From Selaginella moellendorffii (Eukaryota; Plantae; Lycopodiophyta): a stretch of DNA of 64,000 nucleotides. A model generated the notes under the pieces. That model saw only the letters and a program-made list of their open reading frames with translations. It did not search any database and was not told where the DNA came from. The translations under genes were made by a program, and so were the position numbers. The stretch is taken from positions 1,013,434-1,077,433 of the forward strand of contig NW_003314276.1 in NCBI RefSeq assembly GCF_000143415.4, given 5' to 3'. Of this stretch, positions 12,571 through 23,229 are shown piece after piece. Position 1 is the first letter of the stretch. Every line of letters begins with the position of its first letter.

Positions 12571-13248
12571 GCATGGTGCACGGAAGTTGATGAGCTATGT
12601 TGCGAGGTTCCGGAACTTCTGGCTCTCGCTCAGGATAATGTTCTCGAGCAGCCATGTCTCTTTCCGCTTTGGAAAGAATCTAAAATTTCGGGGACTTGGT
12701 CGTGGCGTCAGTCCAGAAACTTGCCTGATCATCTTCCAAAAACCTTTTGATCCGTGAAACTCTTGCAAAGCCGCCAGAAACGGGTCTTCTTCTCCTCTCG
12801 AGGAGAGTTCTAACTTCCGAGGGCGAAGTGTCGTGTGTCGGTACCCGGACAACGTAAGAGTTCGCACCTAGAAACTCTAGAATGAATGAATCAAGCTAGT
12901 GAAAATCTCTAAAAATCACGGACGAACCTGTAAGCCATTTGGAGCTTCAACGATCCATCATCTTTTCCCACGAACCGGCACAGGACCTGTGAGAGTTCTC
13001 CAAACTCTCTGTAAGCCTGCGCCAGTCCATGGAAAAACGATCCTAGATGGATTAGAATGACGAGGAAACTCAGAGCAAAGTTGTTCTCTATCGGGACAAC
13101 GGCCGGTGTTGTGTTAGTGGAGATCACTATATCTTCAACTATTCTCATTTATCTGTTTTTTCCATGCTTCTGTGACTATGAGCAATCCTTTTTTTTTTCT
13201 TTTTGTTTTCGTTATGTTGATTGATCAATCTTTTATTTTCTTTTGCAG

Positions 13249-13433
13249 GTGCTAGTGGCAGACGTGAACATTGGATACGAGGACATTGTCAATAGTTGTT
13301 AAAGTTTGCTCGCCCGCTGAAAACTTATGTGGGCTTTGGCACACCAAGTACTGGCATTCAATGACACGAATAGCATTTAGAAAATATGGTGGAAAGCTGA
13401 AAAGAGGAATTTGTAAAATTTGATCTCAACCAT
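13249..13433 (+). pseudogene. Deg/HtrA protease (DEG2/DEG9-type) C-terminal PDZ exon fragment, copy 1
   Basis: After a polypyrimidine/CAG acceptor: [21 protein letters not shown]. This resembles plant DEG9 [23 protein letters not shown] (from memory). Confidence 0.75.
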
Positions 13434-13672
13434 CAACAGGTTCCATATGGATTCCCGGTTCTCGGGATTTATATTTTATACGTTAAATAATACGTTATTT
13501 AGTACGTTAAGTAATACAACAAAATAAAATATTAGATTAGTAAGGATTTAAAAATTGCAAGCAACACAACTAATGAGATACACTCGTCCAGACACTAAGA
13601 ATTCTTTTGGATTTTGCTGATGGAAACTCGTTTTAATTTGTGAGTTAGGTAAATGAATCTCCTCAAAGGTAA

Positions 13673-14611
13673 ATGAAGCAACAGGGAATTATAATTCTAT
13701 TTTTTTGGGGTATATGTTTTCTTTCCCCATCTCACTCCACCATATATCAGTATTTCCACTTTCGTGAGGGTTTGGGTGTGCTTGATTTGGATCAAGCAAG
13801 AGAAATTGGATATCACCTTTCATTGATTATGATAACTGGAATACCTCCATATACATCTACAAGCACAACACAGGAAGGGTCTACCTTTTCTGCAGAAATC
13901 CGAGTTAATAGGCAATTGTTAAATCTTGCATTCTACTTTTTTAGTGCACGCGACCTCACTCTACAATGCTATATAGCATTGGCACCTCCAACTACAAGGG
14001 TTTCTAACAATTTAATCCACTTAACACTTGGAGATACCATGGACCGAATTGCTGATGAAATTCTTAATTTTCGTCCTGCCCTTGGCTTTGTGGTAATTGT
14101 TACTGATATTGGGGTGTTTGGAGTCTCTTACCTGATCCGCAATTATGTAAGACCAAACATTGGCACTAATGAAATTCCAAGCAGGATCAATCTTCAATCT
14201 TGCAACCCTTTCTCGGCCATGCTTATTAGTGGTACGAGGATTAACCCCTTTTCAAGACTTGGTCCTGGGGATCAAATTCATTTAGGAGGGCATACACAAA
14301 TTGGAGTAATTGTATTGTTCATGGATTATACTTGCAACTTGATCATCTACATATATACTACTAGCAAGTCACTTTGGACCTCTGAAACTCATGGATTTGG
14401 GTTCGATTGCTATGTGCTCATGCAAGAAGATGGAAACCTGGTAATCTATGGATCACATGGAACATCATTTTGGTCAAGCTTTTCTTTTTGTGTGCCTTCT
14501 CCTGCATGCATTGCTCCATCATTTGTTGCTCTTGGACCCAAATGCAGGGTTGGTGTGTATAGATATGGTGCTCCGGCAGTTGAAGTCTGGTCACCAGGTG
14601 ATTTTTGCTAA
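13673..14611 (+). CDS. Secreted chimeric protein: signal peptide + ~155-aa unknown domain + C-terminal bulb-type (GNA) lectin domain, copy 1 (312 aa, intronless)
   Basis: Hydrophobic N-terminus MKQQGIIILFFWGICFLSPSHS. Lectin subdomains LFMDYTCNLIIY..LWTSET, DCYVLMQEDGNLVIYG..FWSS (QxDxNxVxY) and a degenerate LGPKCRVGVY..VWS. Confidence 0.85.
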   Translation: MKQQGIIILFFWGICFLSPSHSTIYQYFHFREGLGVLDLDQAREIGYHLSLIMITGIPPYTSTSTTQEGSTFSAEIRVNRQLLNLAFYFFSARDLTLQCYIALAPPTTRVSNNLIHLTLGDTMDRIADEILNFRPALGFVVIVTDIGVFGVSYLIRNYVRPNIGTNEIPSRINLQSCNPFSAMLISGTRINPFSRLGPGDQIHLGGHTQIGVIVLFMDYTCNLIIYIYTTSKSLWTSETHGFGFDCYVLMQEDGNLVIYGSHGTSFWSSFSFCVPSPACIAPSFVALGPKCRVGVYRYGAPAVEVWSPGDFC

Positions 14612-14879
14612 ATTCACATAAAAAGTGCTTTGAATAAATTTTAAAGAATAAAATGTGAACTAAACCATTGGAAGTGCTTGATGTCTTGCAATTTTGCTAG
14701 TTTGGTAGAATTTTCCTCTTCCATGCATGCGTTGTGGATCGCCATTCTCGCGAGCGTCACCACTGGGCTTCGACGCATTCCTTGGCCGATGAATACTGTT
14801 TGAAGGGACACTACTTCTTTCACAGGGAGGAAGACTCGGCTTGCAAGGGAAAGAGGCTTCTGGATCCTTTTCGGTGCAG

Positions 14880-15827
14880 CAATCTGTGGATTTCATCTCT
14901 TTCGAGGCAGGGAGAAGAAGGGTCGAGCGCGCCATGCTTGCATCCAGCGCGGGTTTGGCCTATTTCCTTAGAAACTTATTTCGATTCGAGGTAAGCTTCT
15001 CTCTTCTCAATTCTTACTCCACAGTCTTACTTTGGATGCTTCTTTCTGCTTCCTATTGTCATCTTCGGGGCGTGGCCACTGGTCGCAAAACAATGAATGT
15101 TTTCATCTTTGCTGTATTCGAAAAACATTTGTTCTCTAGGCGATCACAGCCTTGCTTCTTCACGTCATTGCTGGACTCTTTCTTACGTCGTACACAGATT
15201 TGGATATCTCACAGAACTTTTGGAATTCTTCGTCTAGTTGATGCACGGATTTCTCGGCGTTGCCATGGGTGCTTTGTGGAGTCGCTCGCTCGCTTGCTAG
15301 ATTTCCATTTTCTAACACGTTGCTGCTCAGATGGAGAATCAACTGGGGCGTCTCGATCCTTGCTTGTACACTGGTATGCACGAAACTCTTTGCTTTTGGC
15401 TCGATGTTCTCACTGTCTGGAGTTGCAGGTCCGTGCTGTTGGAGCGATTGGCTTTGTCTTTCTGTGCTCTTGGCTGGTCAAGGAAAACACCCTCAACTTG
15501 GTACAAAGAAATTCATTTGGCTGACCTTGACCAAATGTTCCTCTTCTCTTGCAGATCACCATAAACACCCATGCTTCGCTCTCGTACATGGTGGCCGCAA
15601 TGGGGATCAATATCTCGCTTACCTCGCTTACAATGCCGACCATCTATGCTGTGTTCACGTCCTTGGTAAAGTTTCTCCCAGTTTTAGATCGAAAGCTGAC
15701 CTCTAGCTTATCGTGAACTGCGCATCGCTTTGTTTTCCTCCTCCATGTTTTGTACGCGATTATTCTTCAGGGCCTGGGAATCAAGTCGTCACTGGCGGTT
15801 CCTGGCTGGATGTCGAGATCCATGTAA
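14880..15827 (+). pseudogene. Degenerate DUF2232-family membrane protein gene (At1g26180-like), copy 1
   Basis: Spliced fragments VERAMLASSAGLAYFLRN, GVATGRKTM, LMHGFLGVAMG, WRINWGVSILACTL/VRAVGAIGFVFLCSWLVKENTLNL/ITINTHASLSYMVAAMGIN and GLGIKSSLAVPGWMSRSM*, with deletions and lost splice sites. Confidence 0.7.
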
Positions 15828-15979
15828 AATCAAAGGATGCTTACCCGGAATTCATCCTTTTGTACAGACACCATTTCTGGCGTTGATATAAAAATCGGGG
15901 ATGGTGAAAATTCCAGCTTTAAGTTAGAGCACGTTCTCTCTGTTTATCAAGAAAGATGCCCAAGCCTCGCTCGAAGGAG

Positions 15980-16057
15980 TTACAGGCTGAACCCAGTGAC
16001 CAGGAGTTCGGCTGGGGCGGACAATGGCGCTACCAGTGCCCTGTCCGCAGCCTCCAT
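15980..16057 (-). other. Junction-created 25-codon chimeric ORF (Toc N-terminus fused out of frame to the last U11/U12-59K exon)
   Basis: Translates MEAADRALVAPLSAPAELLVTGFSL*. The first 16 codons match the Toc gene start, and the Toc upstream region is duplicated at 16058-16232. Confidence 0.7.
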
Positions 16058-16354
16058 TGGATCCGGTGGGAGAGACCCGCTAGAACCCTAAAACATTGGT
16101 TCCTCGCATTGCCTCGCGGTGCTTTCCTCGCCACGTCTTGGATAAGGTAGATATTTTTATGAAGAATGTTAAATGGATCTACTTTTATAATTATTCTAGC
16201 ATATTCTGTAAGAGTTGAGTAGTTTTCCTTCTGAAGTATGTTTAAGTTCGTAAGATATGAAGTTTATGTTCGTTAACAAATAGGGTTTATATTATGGAAT
16301 CTCGTGGATAAAAGCTGTTTTGATTCCAACAACTGAAAGAAACACACAACATCG

Positions 16355-17499
16355 CTAGACCTCGATGTCGTATACGTGGCGAGCCAGGAGCTTGGCCATG
16401 GAAGATGTTTCACACTCCTTGTTGTGCTCGAGGAACCGTTCCTTGAACTCCTCGTCGTCAGTGGGCACTGCAGCCAGCCCTGCTGCAATCTCTTCCAGTG
16501 ACATCCCGCGCTTGTCCAGGAAGCCCCGCCGCAATCTCGACATCCTCGCCATGTAGCAGCCGCGGCTCTCTGGCTCAAAATTCATTGGCGTCACGTAACG
16601 TACTGTGTACCTCGCCGGATCGGCGAGCTTGCCCAAGTATTTGCTCACTTCACCCTGCATCTCGAGGACGTAGAAGGTGGAGGGAGGCTGGCCCTGCAGC
16701 TGCCGCTCGGCTCGAGCGGACCCCTCACGAATCGCCTTGTCTATAAACCCATGCATGAGCAACAAAGAACATCGAGCGTGCTGAAGGCTCACTCACATGA
16801 TCCGCTATCCGGAAGGGGTTCGACAGGAAGCTCTGAATAGCTGAGCCACAGGCGCGCGTCTAACACGGCAATATAGACGTTCTCCAAGTGTGTAAGGTAA
16901 GGGCACACAGTAATAAGAGGAGCAAGCCTTCCGCCGCGGTCACTCAGATCTAGCAGGAGCTGCTCCAGCTCCCCTGTTACAGTCCCTGTTGTTTCATTGC
17001 TTTTTGTCTGTATTTTGATCTGGAAACTTACATCGCTCGAGCGACATCCGCGATGTGTTGCCGCGGGGGATTTCATCAAGCAAGAAATCCAGCTTTGATC
17101 ACCACCACCTCTCCGTAGCCTTTGGGTGTTGATCTTTGTACCGTGCATATGGGTTCCTTTCCTCCAGGCCCTACAGCGGCAAATTAAACTCTACAGCGAG
17201 AGAAAGACACAGTGTAGGAGTACCTTGGGGTACTCCTCCAGGTTGAAACTGGGTACGTATTTCTCCATGTACCACGCCTGGACTGTCTCGAACAGAGCTC
17301 CACCCTCCACCTCTCTCGGCTGAACACCTTTTAGGGTTGGCCATATAGGACGCCTCTTCAAGCGTAGGGCTGCGCCGCCGGGCTTGAGAGAAGCCGTGGA
17401 TGCGACGCTCGAGTTGCGGAGGGTCTCCTCCTTCAGGTACAGTTGCCTCCAGTCTAATGTTTTAACGGTCCCCAGACAGAAAAATATCCATCCGTACAT
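16355..17499 (-). CDS. Lineage-specific protein of unknown function, copy 2
   Basis: Near-identical to 10216-11360 with exon frames and splice sites retained. Confidence 0.6.
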
Positions 17500-17538
17500 A
17501 AAACTGGAATTGTTCCTTGCGTCGAATTCGTTTCTCAC

Positions 17539-18544
17539 TTGGAATTCTCCTCCGAGGAAATCTGAGAAGCCCACGGGTCTCCAAAGCGCCATTGACGGCC
17601 TTCCGGTTGGCCTGAGAAGGAAGAAGCTAGCGTTTGATCAGTTTTAAAGTTCTCTAGAGATGTTACCAGGATCTTCTCTCGATCTTCGAGAGCGTCATTT
17701 CTACTGACTCGATGCGTCCAGTGCCGCCGCAGCACCCGCAAGAATCAGTGACACTCAGCCGGTCCTGAAAGCTCCATATCAAGTCAACTAGAGATACCCG
17801 TGCTCTCGTCATTTCCATGAGTCCGAACTCTGAAATTTCCAAGATAACAACTTTAGATCGGTCCCGCTCAATGGCCTTGCACTTTCATGACCTGCAGATA
17901 TACCACAATATCTCAGCTCGCTGACAAAGTTTGGATTCTAGAAGCTTACTTGGATCCTCCGTGTCAAACAACTATAATCCCACCAATGCCCCGTAGCCTC
18001 TGTCGCAATCTGCACAGAGAGTTTTTACCTGTCGAGGAGCAGCGAGATTTACTTCTAAGAACACACAGAAATATAAGTTCCTTGATTACGTCCAAAAGTC
18101 TTCACCTTTTGGTATGTTTGAGACGAATCCACGACAAACGTTTCAACCTGTATATACTCGTTCAAAGAACGAAGACAGCATACTATGAAAAACCTTATTG
18201 TTGAAGAGATCACCTGAGTGCCTGTCCCATGGCCCTTTGCAATAACACAGGGACCGGGTCTTTTCAACCACCACCCCCAGCAACCTCCGCTGTCTCCACA
18301 CGTCTCCATGAGGCGTGCCAATTCCTTCTTGAGCTCTTCACGACTGCGGCCAACAGCCTCAGTCCTCACGGTAAGACCAAATGCAGCTCTTTGGCAAGCT
18401 GCTTGAGCCGACTTCTTTCCAGCCTGTTGATCTTGCGAGTAACTCCAATGGTCGAAGCTTGAGGAAGCAATACCTGCACTACATTTCTTAACTTCAATAC
18501 TTCGAGACACTTACCCAGTATCGTCCCGCCAAAGTCACAGTTGC
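17539..18544 (-). pseudogene. RNE: Degenerate plastid RNase E/G gene, copy 2 (extra ~265-bp deletion)
   Basis: Same motifs as copy 1. The sequence jumps from AAGTCACAGTTGC to TTGGAAAGAATC at 18544, removing the equivalent of ~12404-12668. Confidence 0.88.
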
Positions 18545-19112
18545 TTGGAAAGAATCTAAAATTTCGGGCACTTGGTCATGGCGTCAGTCCAGAAACTTGC
18601 CTGATCATCTTCCAAAAACCTTTTGATCCGTGAAACTCTTGCAAAGCCGCCAGAAACGCGTCTTCTTCTCCTCTCGAGGAGAGTTCTAACTTCCGAGGGT
18701 GAAGTGTCGTGTGTCGGCACCCGGACAACGTAAGAGTTCGCACATAGAAACTCTAGAACGAATGAATCAAGCTAGTGAAAATCCCTAAAAATCATGGACG
18801 AACCTGTAAGCCATTTGGAGCTTCAACGATCCATTATCTGTTCCCACGAACCGGCACAGGACCTGTGAGAGTTCTCCAAACTCGCTGTAAACCTGCGCCA
18901 GTCCATGGAAAAACGATCCTAGATGGATTAGAATGACGAGGAAACTCAGAGCAAAGTTGTTCTCTATCGGGACAACAGTGGAGATCACTATATCTTCAAC
19001 TAACTATTCTCATTTATCTGTTTTTTCCTGTGACTATGAGCAATCCTTTTTTTTTTTCTTTTTTTTCTGTTTTCCTTATGTTGCTTGATCAATCTTTTAT
19101 TTGCTTTTGCAG

Positions 19113-19308
19113 GTGGTAGACGTGAACATTGGATTCGAGGACATTTTCAACACGGGTAAAAGTTTGCTCTCCCGCTGAAAACTTATGCGGGCTTTGGCAC
19201 ACCAAGTACTGGCATTCAATGGCACAAATGTCGAGAACTTGAAGCATTTGGCAAATATGGTGGAGAGCTGCAAAGAGGAGTTTGTAAAATTTGATGTCAA
19301 CCACCATA
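19113..19308 (+). pseudogene. Deg protease PDZ exon fragment, copy 2
   Basis: [48 protein letters not shown]. Confidence 0.8.
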
Positions 19309-19530
19309 TGGATTCCCGGTTCTGATTTATATTTTATACGTTAAGTAATACGTTATTTAGCACGTTAAGTAATACAACAAAATAAAATATTAAATTAGTA
19401 AGGATTTAAAAATTGCAAGCAACACAACTAATGAGATACACTTGTCCAGACACTAAGAATTCTTTTGGATTTTGCTGATGGAAACTCGTTTTAATTTGTG
19501 AGTTAGGTAAATGAATCTCCTTAAAGGTAA

Positions 19531-20463
19531 ATGAAGCAACAAGGAATTATAATTATATTTTTTTGGGGTATATGTTTTCTTTCCCCATGTCACTCCATCA
19601 TATATCAGTATTTCCACTTTCGTGTGGGTTTGGCTGTGCTTGGGGTGAATCAAGCACGACAAATTGGACACCGCCTATCAGAAATTATGATAATTTCAAT
19701 GCCTCCATATAGGAGCACAACAATGGAAGGATCTACCTTTTCTGCAGAAGACCTTGTTGATGGGGTACTGTTTGATCTTGCATTCTACTTTTTTAGTGCA
19801 CGTGACATCACTCTACAATGCTATATAGCATTGGCACCTCCAACTACAGAGGTTTCTAACCACATAATCCACTTAACACTTGGAGATACCATGGACCGAA
19901 TTGCTGATGAAATTCTTTTGTTTCGTCCTGCCCTTGGCTTTGTGGTAATTGTTACTGATATTGGGGTGTTTGGAGTCTCCTACATGATCCACAATTATGG
20001 AAGACCAAAGGCTGGCACTAATGAAATTCCAAGCAAGATTAATCTTGAATCTTGCAACCCTTTCTCAGCCATGCTTATTAGTGGTACGAGGATTAACCCC
20101 TTTTCAAGGCTTGGTCCTGGGGATCAAATTCATTTAGGAGGGGATTCACAAATTGGAGTAATTGTATTGTTCATGGATTACAGTTGCAACTTCATCATCT
20201 ACATATATACTACTAGCAAGTCACTTTGGACCTCTGAAACTCATGGATTGGGGTTCGATTGCTGGGTGCTCATGCAAGAAGATGGAAACCTGGTAGTTTA
20301 TGGATCACTTGGAACATCATTTTGGTCAAGCTTTTCTTTTTGTGTGCCTTCTCCTGCATGCATTGCTCCATCATTTGTTGCTCTTGGACCCAAATGCAGG
20401 GTTGGTGTGTATAGATATGGTGCTCCGGCAGTTGAAGTCTGGTCACCAGGTGATTTTTGCTAA
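19531..20463 (+). CDS. Secreted unknown-domain + bulb-type lectin protein, copy 2 (310 aa)
   Basis: Paralogue of 13673-14611 with an intact ORF and MQEDGNLVVYG motif. Confidence 0.85.
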   Translation: MKQQGIIIIFFWGICFLSPCHSIIYQYFHFRVGLAVLGVNQARQIGHRLSEIMIISMPPYRSTTMEGSTFSAEDLVDGVLFDLAFYFFSARDITLQCYIALAPPTTEVSNHIIHLTLGDTMDRIADEILLFRPALGFVVIVTDIGVFGVSYMIHNYGRPKAGTNEIPSKINLESCNPFSAMLISGTRINPFSRLGPGDQIHLGGDSQIGVIVLFMDYSCNFIIYIYTTSKSLWTSETHGLGFDCWVLMQEDGNLVVYGSLGTSFWSSFSFCVPSPACIAPSFVALGPKCRVGVYRYGAPAVEVWSPGDFC

Positions 20464-20731
20464 ATTCACATGAAAAGTGCTTTGAATAAATTCTAAAGAA
20501 TAAAATGTGAACTGAACCATTGGAAGTGCTTGATGTCTTGCAATTTTGCTAGTTTGGTAGAATTTTCCTCTTCCATGCGTGCGTTGTGGATCGTCATTCT
20601 CGCGAGCGTCACCACTGGGCTTCGACGCATTCCTTGGCCGATGAATACTGTGCGAAGGGACACTACTTCTTTCACAGGGAGGAAGACTCGGCTTGCAAGG
20701 GAAAGAGGCTACTGGAGCCTTTTCGGTGCAG

Positions 20732-21687
20732 CAATCTGTGGATTTCATCTCTTTCGAGGCAGGGAGAAGAAGGGTCGAGCGCGCCATGCTTGCATCCAGC
20801 GCGGGTTTGGCCTATTTCCTTAGAAACTTATTTCGATTCGAGGTAAGCTTCTCTCTTCTCAATTCTTACTCCACAGTCTTACTTTGGATGCTTCTTTCTG
20901 CTTCCTATTGTCATCTTCGGGGCGTGGCCACTGGTCGCAAAACAATGAATGTTTTCATCTTTGCTGTATTCGAAAAACATTTGTTCTCTAGGCGATCACA
21001 GCCTTGCTTCTTCACGTCATTGCTGGTCTCAAGGCTCTTTCTTACGTCGTAGGTGTTTCCTCACACAGATTTAGATATCTCACAAACGTTTGGAATTCTT
21101 CGTCTAGTTGATGCACGGATTTCTCGGCGTTGCCATGGGGTGCTTTGTGGAGTTCGCTCGCTCGCTCGCTAGATTTCCATTCTCTAACACGCTGCTGCTC
21201 AGATGGAGAATCAACTGGGGCGTCTCGATCCTTGCTTGTACACTGGTATGCACGAAACTCGCTCGATGTTCTCACTGTCTAGAGTTGCAGGTCCGTGCTG
21301 TTGGAGCGATTGACTTTGTGTTTCTGTCCTCTTGGCTGATCAAGGAAAACACCCTCAACTTGGTTCAAAGAAATTCATTTGGCTTACTTGACCAAATGTT
21401 CCTCTTCTCTTGCAGATCACCATAAACACCCATGCTTCGCCTCGTACATGGTGGTCGGAATGGGGATCAATATCTCGCTTACCTCGCTTACAATGCCGAC
21501 CATCTATGCAGTGTTCACGTCCTTGGTAAAGTTTCTCCCAGTTTTAGATCGAAAGCTGACCTCTAGCTTATCGTGAACTGCGCATCGCTTTGTTTTCCTC
21601 CTCCATGTTTTGTACGCGATTATTCTTCAGGGCCTGGGAATCAAGTCGTCACTGGCGGTTCCTGGCTGGATGTCGAGATCCATGTAA
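20732..21687 (+). pseudogene. Degenerate DUF2232 membrane protein gene, copy 2
   Basis: As copy 1, and retains AITALLLHVIAGLKALSYV. It carries a different set of indels. Confidence 0.7.
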
Positions 21688-21783
21688 AATCAAAGGATGC
21701 TTACCCGGAATTCATCCTTTCGTACAGACACCATTTCTGGCGTTGATATAAAAATCGGGGATGGTGAAAATTCCAGCTTTAAG

Positions 21784-22926
21784 TTAGAGCACGTTCTCTC
21801 TGTTTATCAAGAAAGATGCCCAAGCCTCGCTCGAAGGAGCTACAGGCTGAACCCAGTGACCAGGAGTTCGGCTGCAAGGAATGACCAAACAAACACCACA
21901 CTTGCATCAGAAACTCAAAAAAGAAGATTCCAACGTACCTCCCACCCGGTGCAGTATGTGTCCCAGCCTCTTCGAACCTGCAAACTTGCTATAAGTACGA
22001 AATCCCAGGCGTACTCAAACCTCTATCAGCGTTCCCATGTCGATTCTGCTACCATAGTATAGTAGCGGTAGAGGTCGGGAGGCAATCGTTGATCCAGTTC
22101 CTCACTTCTTTTCGTGTTACTAGATTACGGTGGTGCTTCTTTGATGGTATTTTCATCGTCCGTGGAAGGATTCCTTGTTGTTTGCTCTTCGGCATTTGCA
22201 GGAAGCACGCTCTCCGTGAATGCATCGTCATCCTCTGGGAATAGATGGCCTGTGAAAACAAAAGCAAGAATATCAAAAAGAAAAAACCATAGATGAACGA
22301 AATGGCCCCAACCTTGCTTCTTAAGTTTCTGGACGCGAAGTGAACGCAACTCCTGGAGTTTTTCAACAACTAGCACCATTTCCATCTGCAAACGAAGACG
22401 GGATAAAGTGTAAGCGAGTACATAGGCTGCACCTCTTTCTCCAATCGCAACCTCGCCTCCTTAACGGTTTTCTTTTGAGCAAAATCGTTCATCTTTTTCC
22501 ATCTGAGCAAACCTGCTGTCAAACAAGAAAGGAAGGAAGAAAGAAACTATCATACCCTCTTCTTAGCAATGTCTCTTGCAATCTCACGAGTTCTCCATTC
22601 CTCCGCTTGACGATAGGGTTCCTCGAAAAGTTTGTCCGCCTAACAACGAAGAATTGTAAGCAACGAAGCATAAAACTATAGAACAAAAGAGAAAAAGGAA
22701 ACCAGAAAGAATTGTTACTCTCCAACTTGATCCTCCTTTCCCGAAATTTTGCCACAGCAGTGATGCCGCACTTCCATCCACGACGCCTTGCAGCGGCAGG
22801 AGAAGCCCCTCGCCGAGCTGCATTTACGGCCAAATACTCGGCCTTATCAATCTCATTGCTGTTCTTCCGGACCCCGAATCCCAACGATGTAGTGCTTCCT
22901 CGCATATTCACTGAAGAGGAGGGCAT
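21784..22926 (-). pseudogene. SNRNP59: U11/U12 snRNP 59-kDa protein (PDCD7-like) gene with disabling lesions
   Basis: Exons encode AEEWRTREIARDIAKKR, MEMVLVVEKLQELRSLRVQKLKKQG/HLFPEDDD, YGSRIDMGTLIE/VRRGWDTY..PGG/SRTPGHWVQPVAPSSEAWASFL. There is an in-frame TAA at 22125-22127 and apparent frameshifts near 22495, 22057 and 21953. Confidence 0.85.
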
Positions 22927-23229
22927 TGCTAGCGCGCGCCTCTCCCTGCCCCTGCCCCTCGGCTCGTCTTGCAGCGATCACTTCCACCTCCAGACACCTG
23001 TGATCGATCGGCGCCGGGCTCTCAAGAAAAGAAAATGGGATCCCTGCCCTCTAAACGGAGAGCTCCCAAAACTGTCCATAAACCCTAAACTCCTATTCCA
23101 CGTGGAGCGATCTGAGCCGTTTGCTCTCAACGGTCGCGGTCTCTCTCATAATGTTAATAGAGCTTACAGATGCTCATCGAATGGAATCTCATGGGCAAAA
23201 CAAGCACTACGTAGTGCGCCGACTCACCT

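Larger units (their letters stand above)
9681..21874. repeat. Tandem segmental duplication: unit 1 9681-16008, unit 2 16009-21874
   Basis: Colinear near-identical sequence (e.g. 11085-11810 vs 17224-17950; 15560-16010 vs 21420-21870). The junction CAGGAGTT-CGGCTG-GGGCGG joins the end of unit 2 (CAGGAGTTCGGCTG|CAAGG) to the start of unit 1 (GCCGCCG|CGGCTGGGGCGG). Confidence 0.97.

Noticed and set aside
14660-14701. CTAG-T at the right edge of the AT-rich lectin cassette as a Helitron 3' end
   Set aside because: No convincing GC-rich subterminal hairpin and no identifiable 5' TC end.
9681-21874. Duplication as a haplotype mis-assembly
   Set aside because: The junction fuses two unrelated loci at a 6-bp microhomology and each unit has its own indels. 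This is considered unlikely but not excluded without reads.
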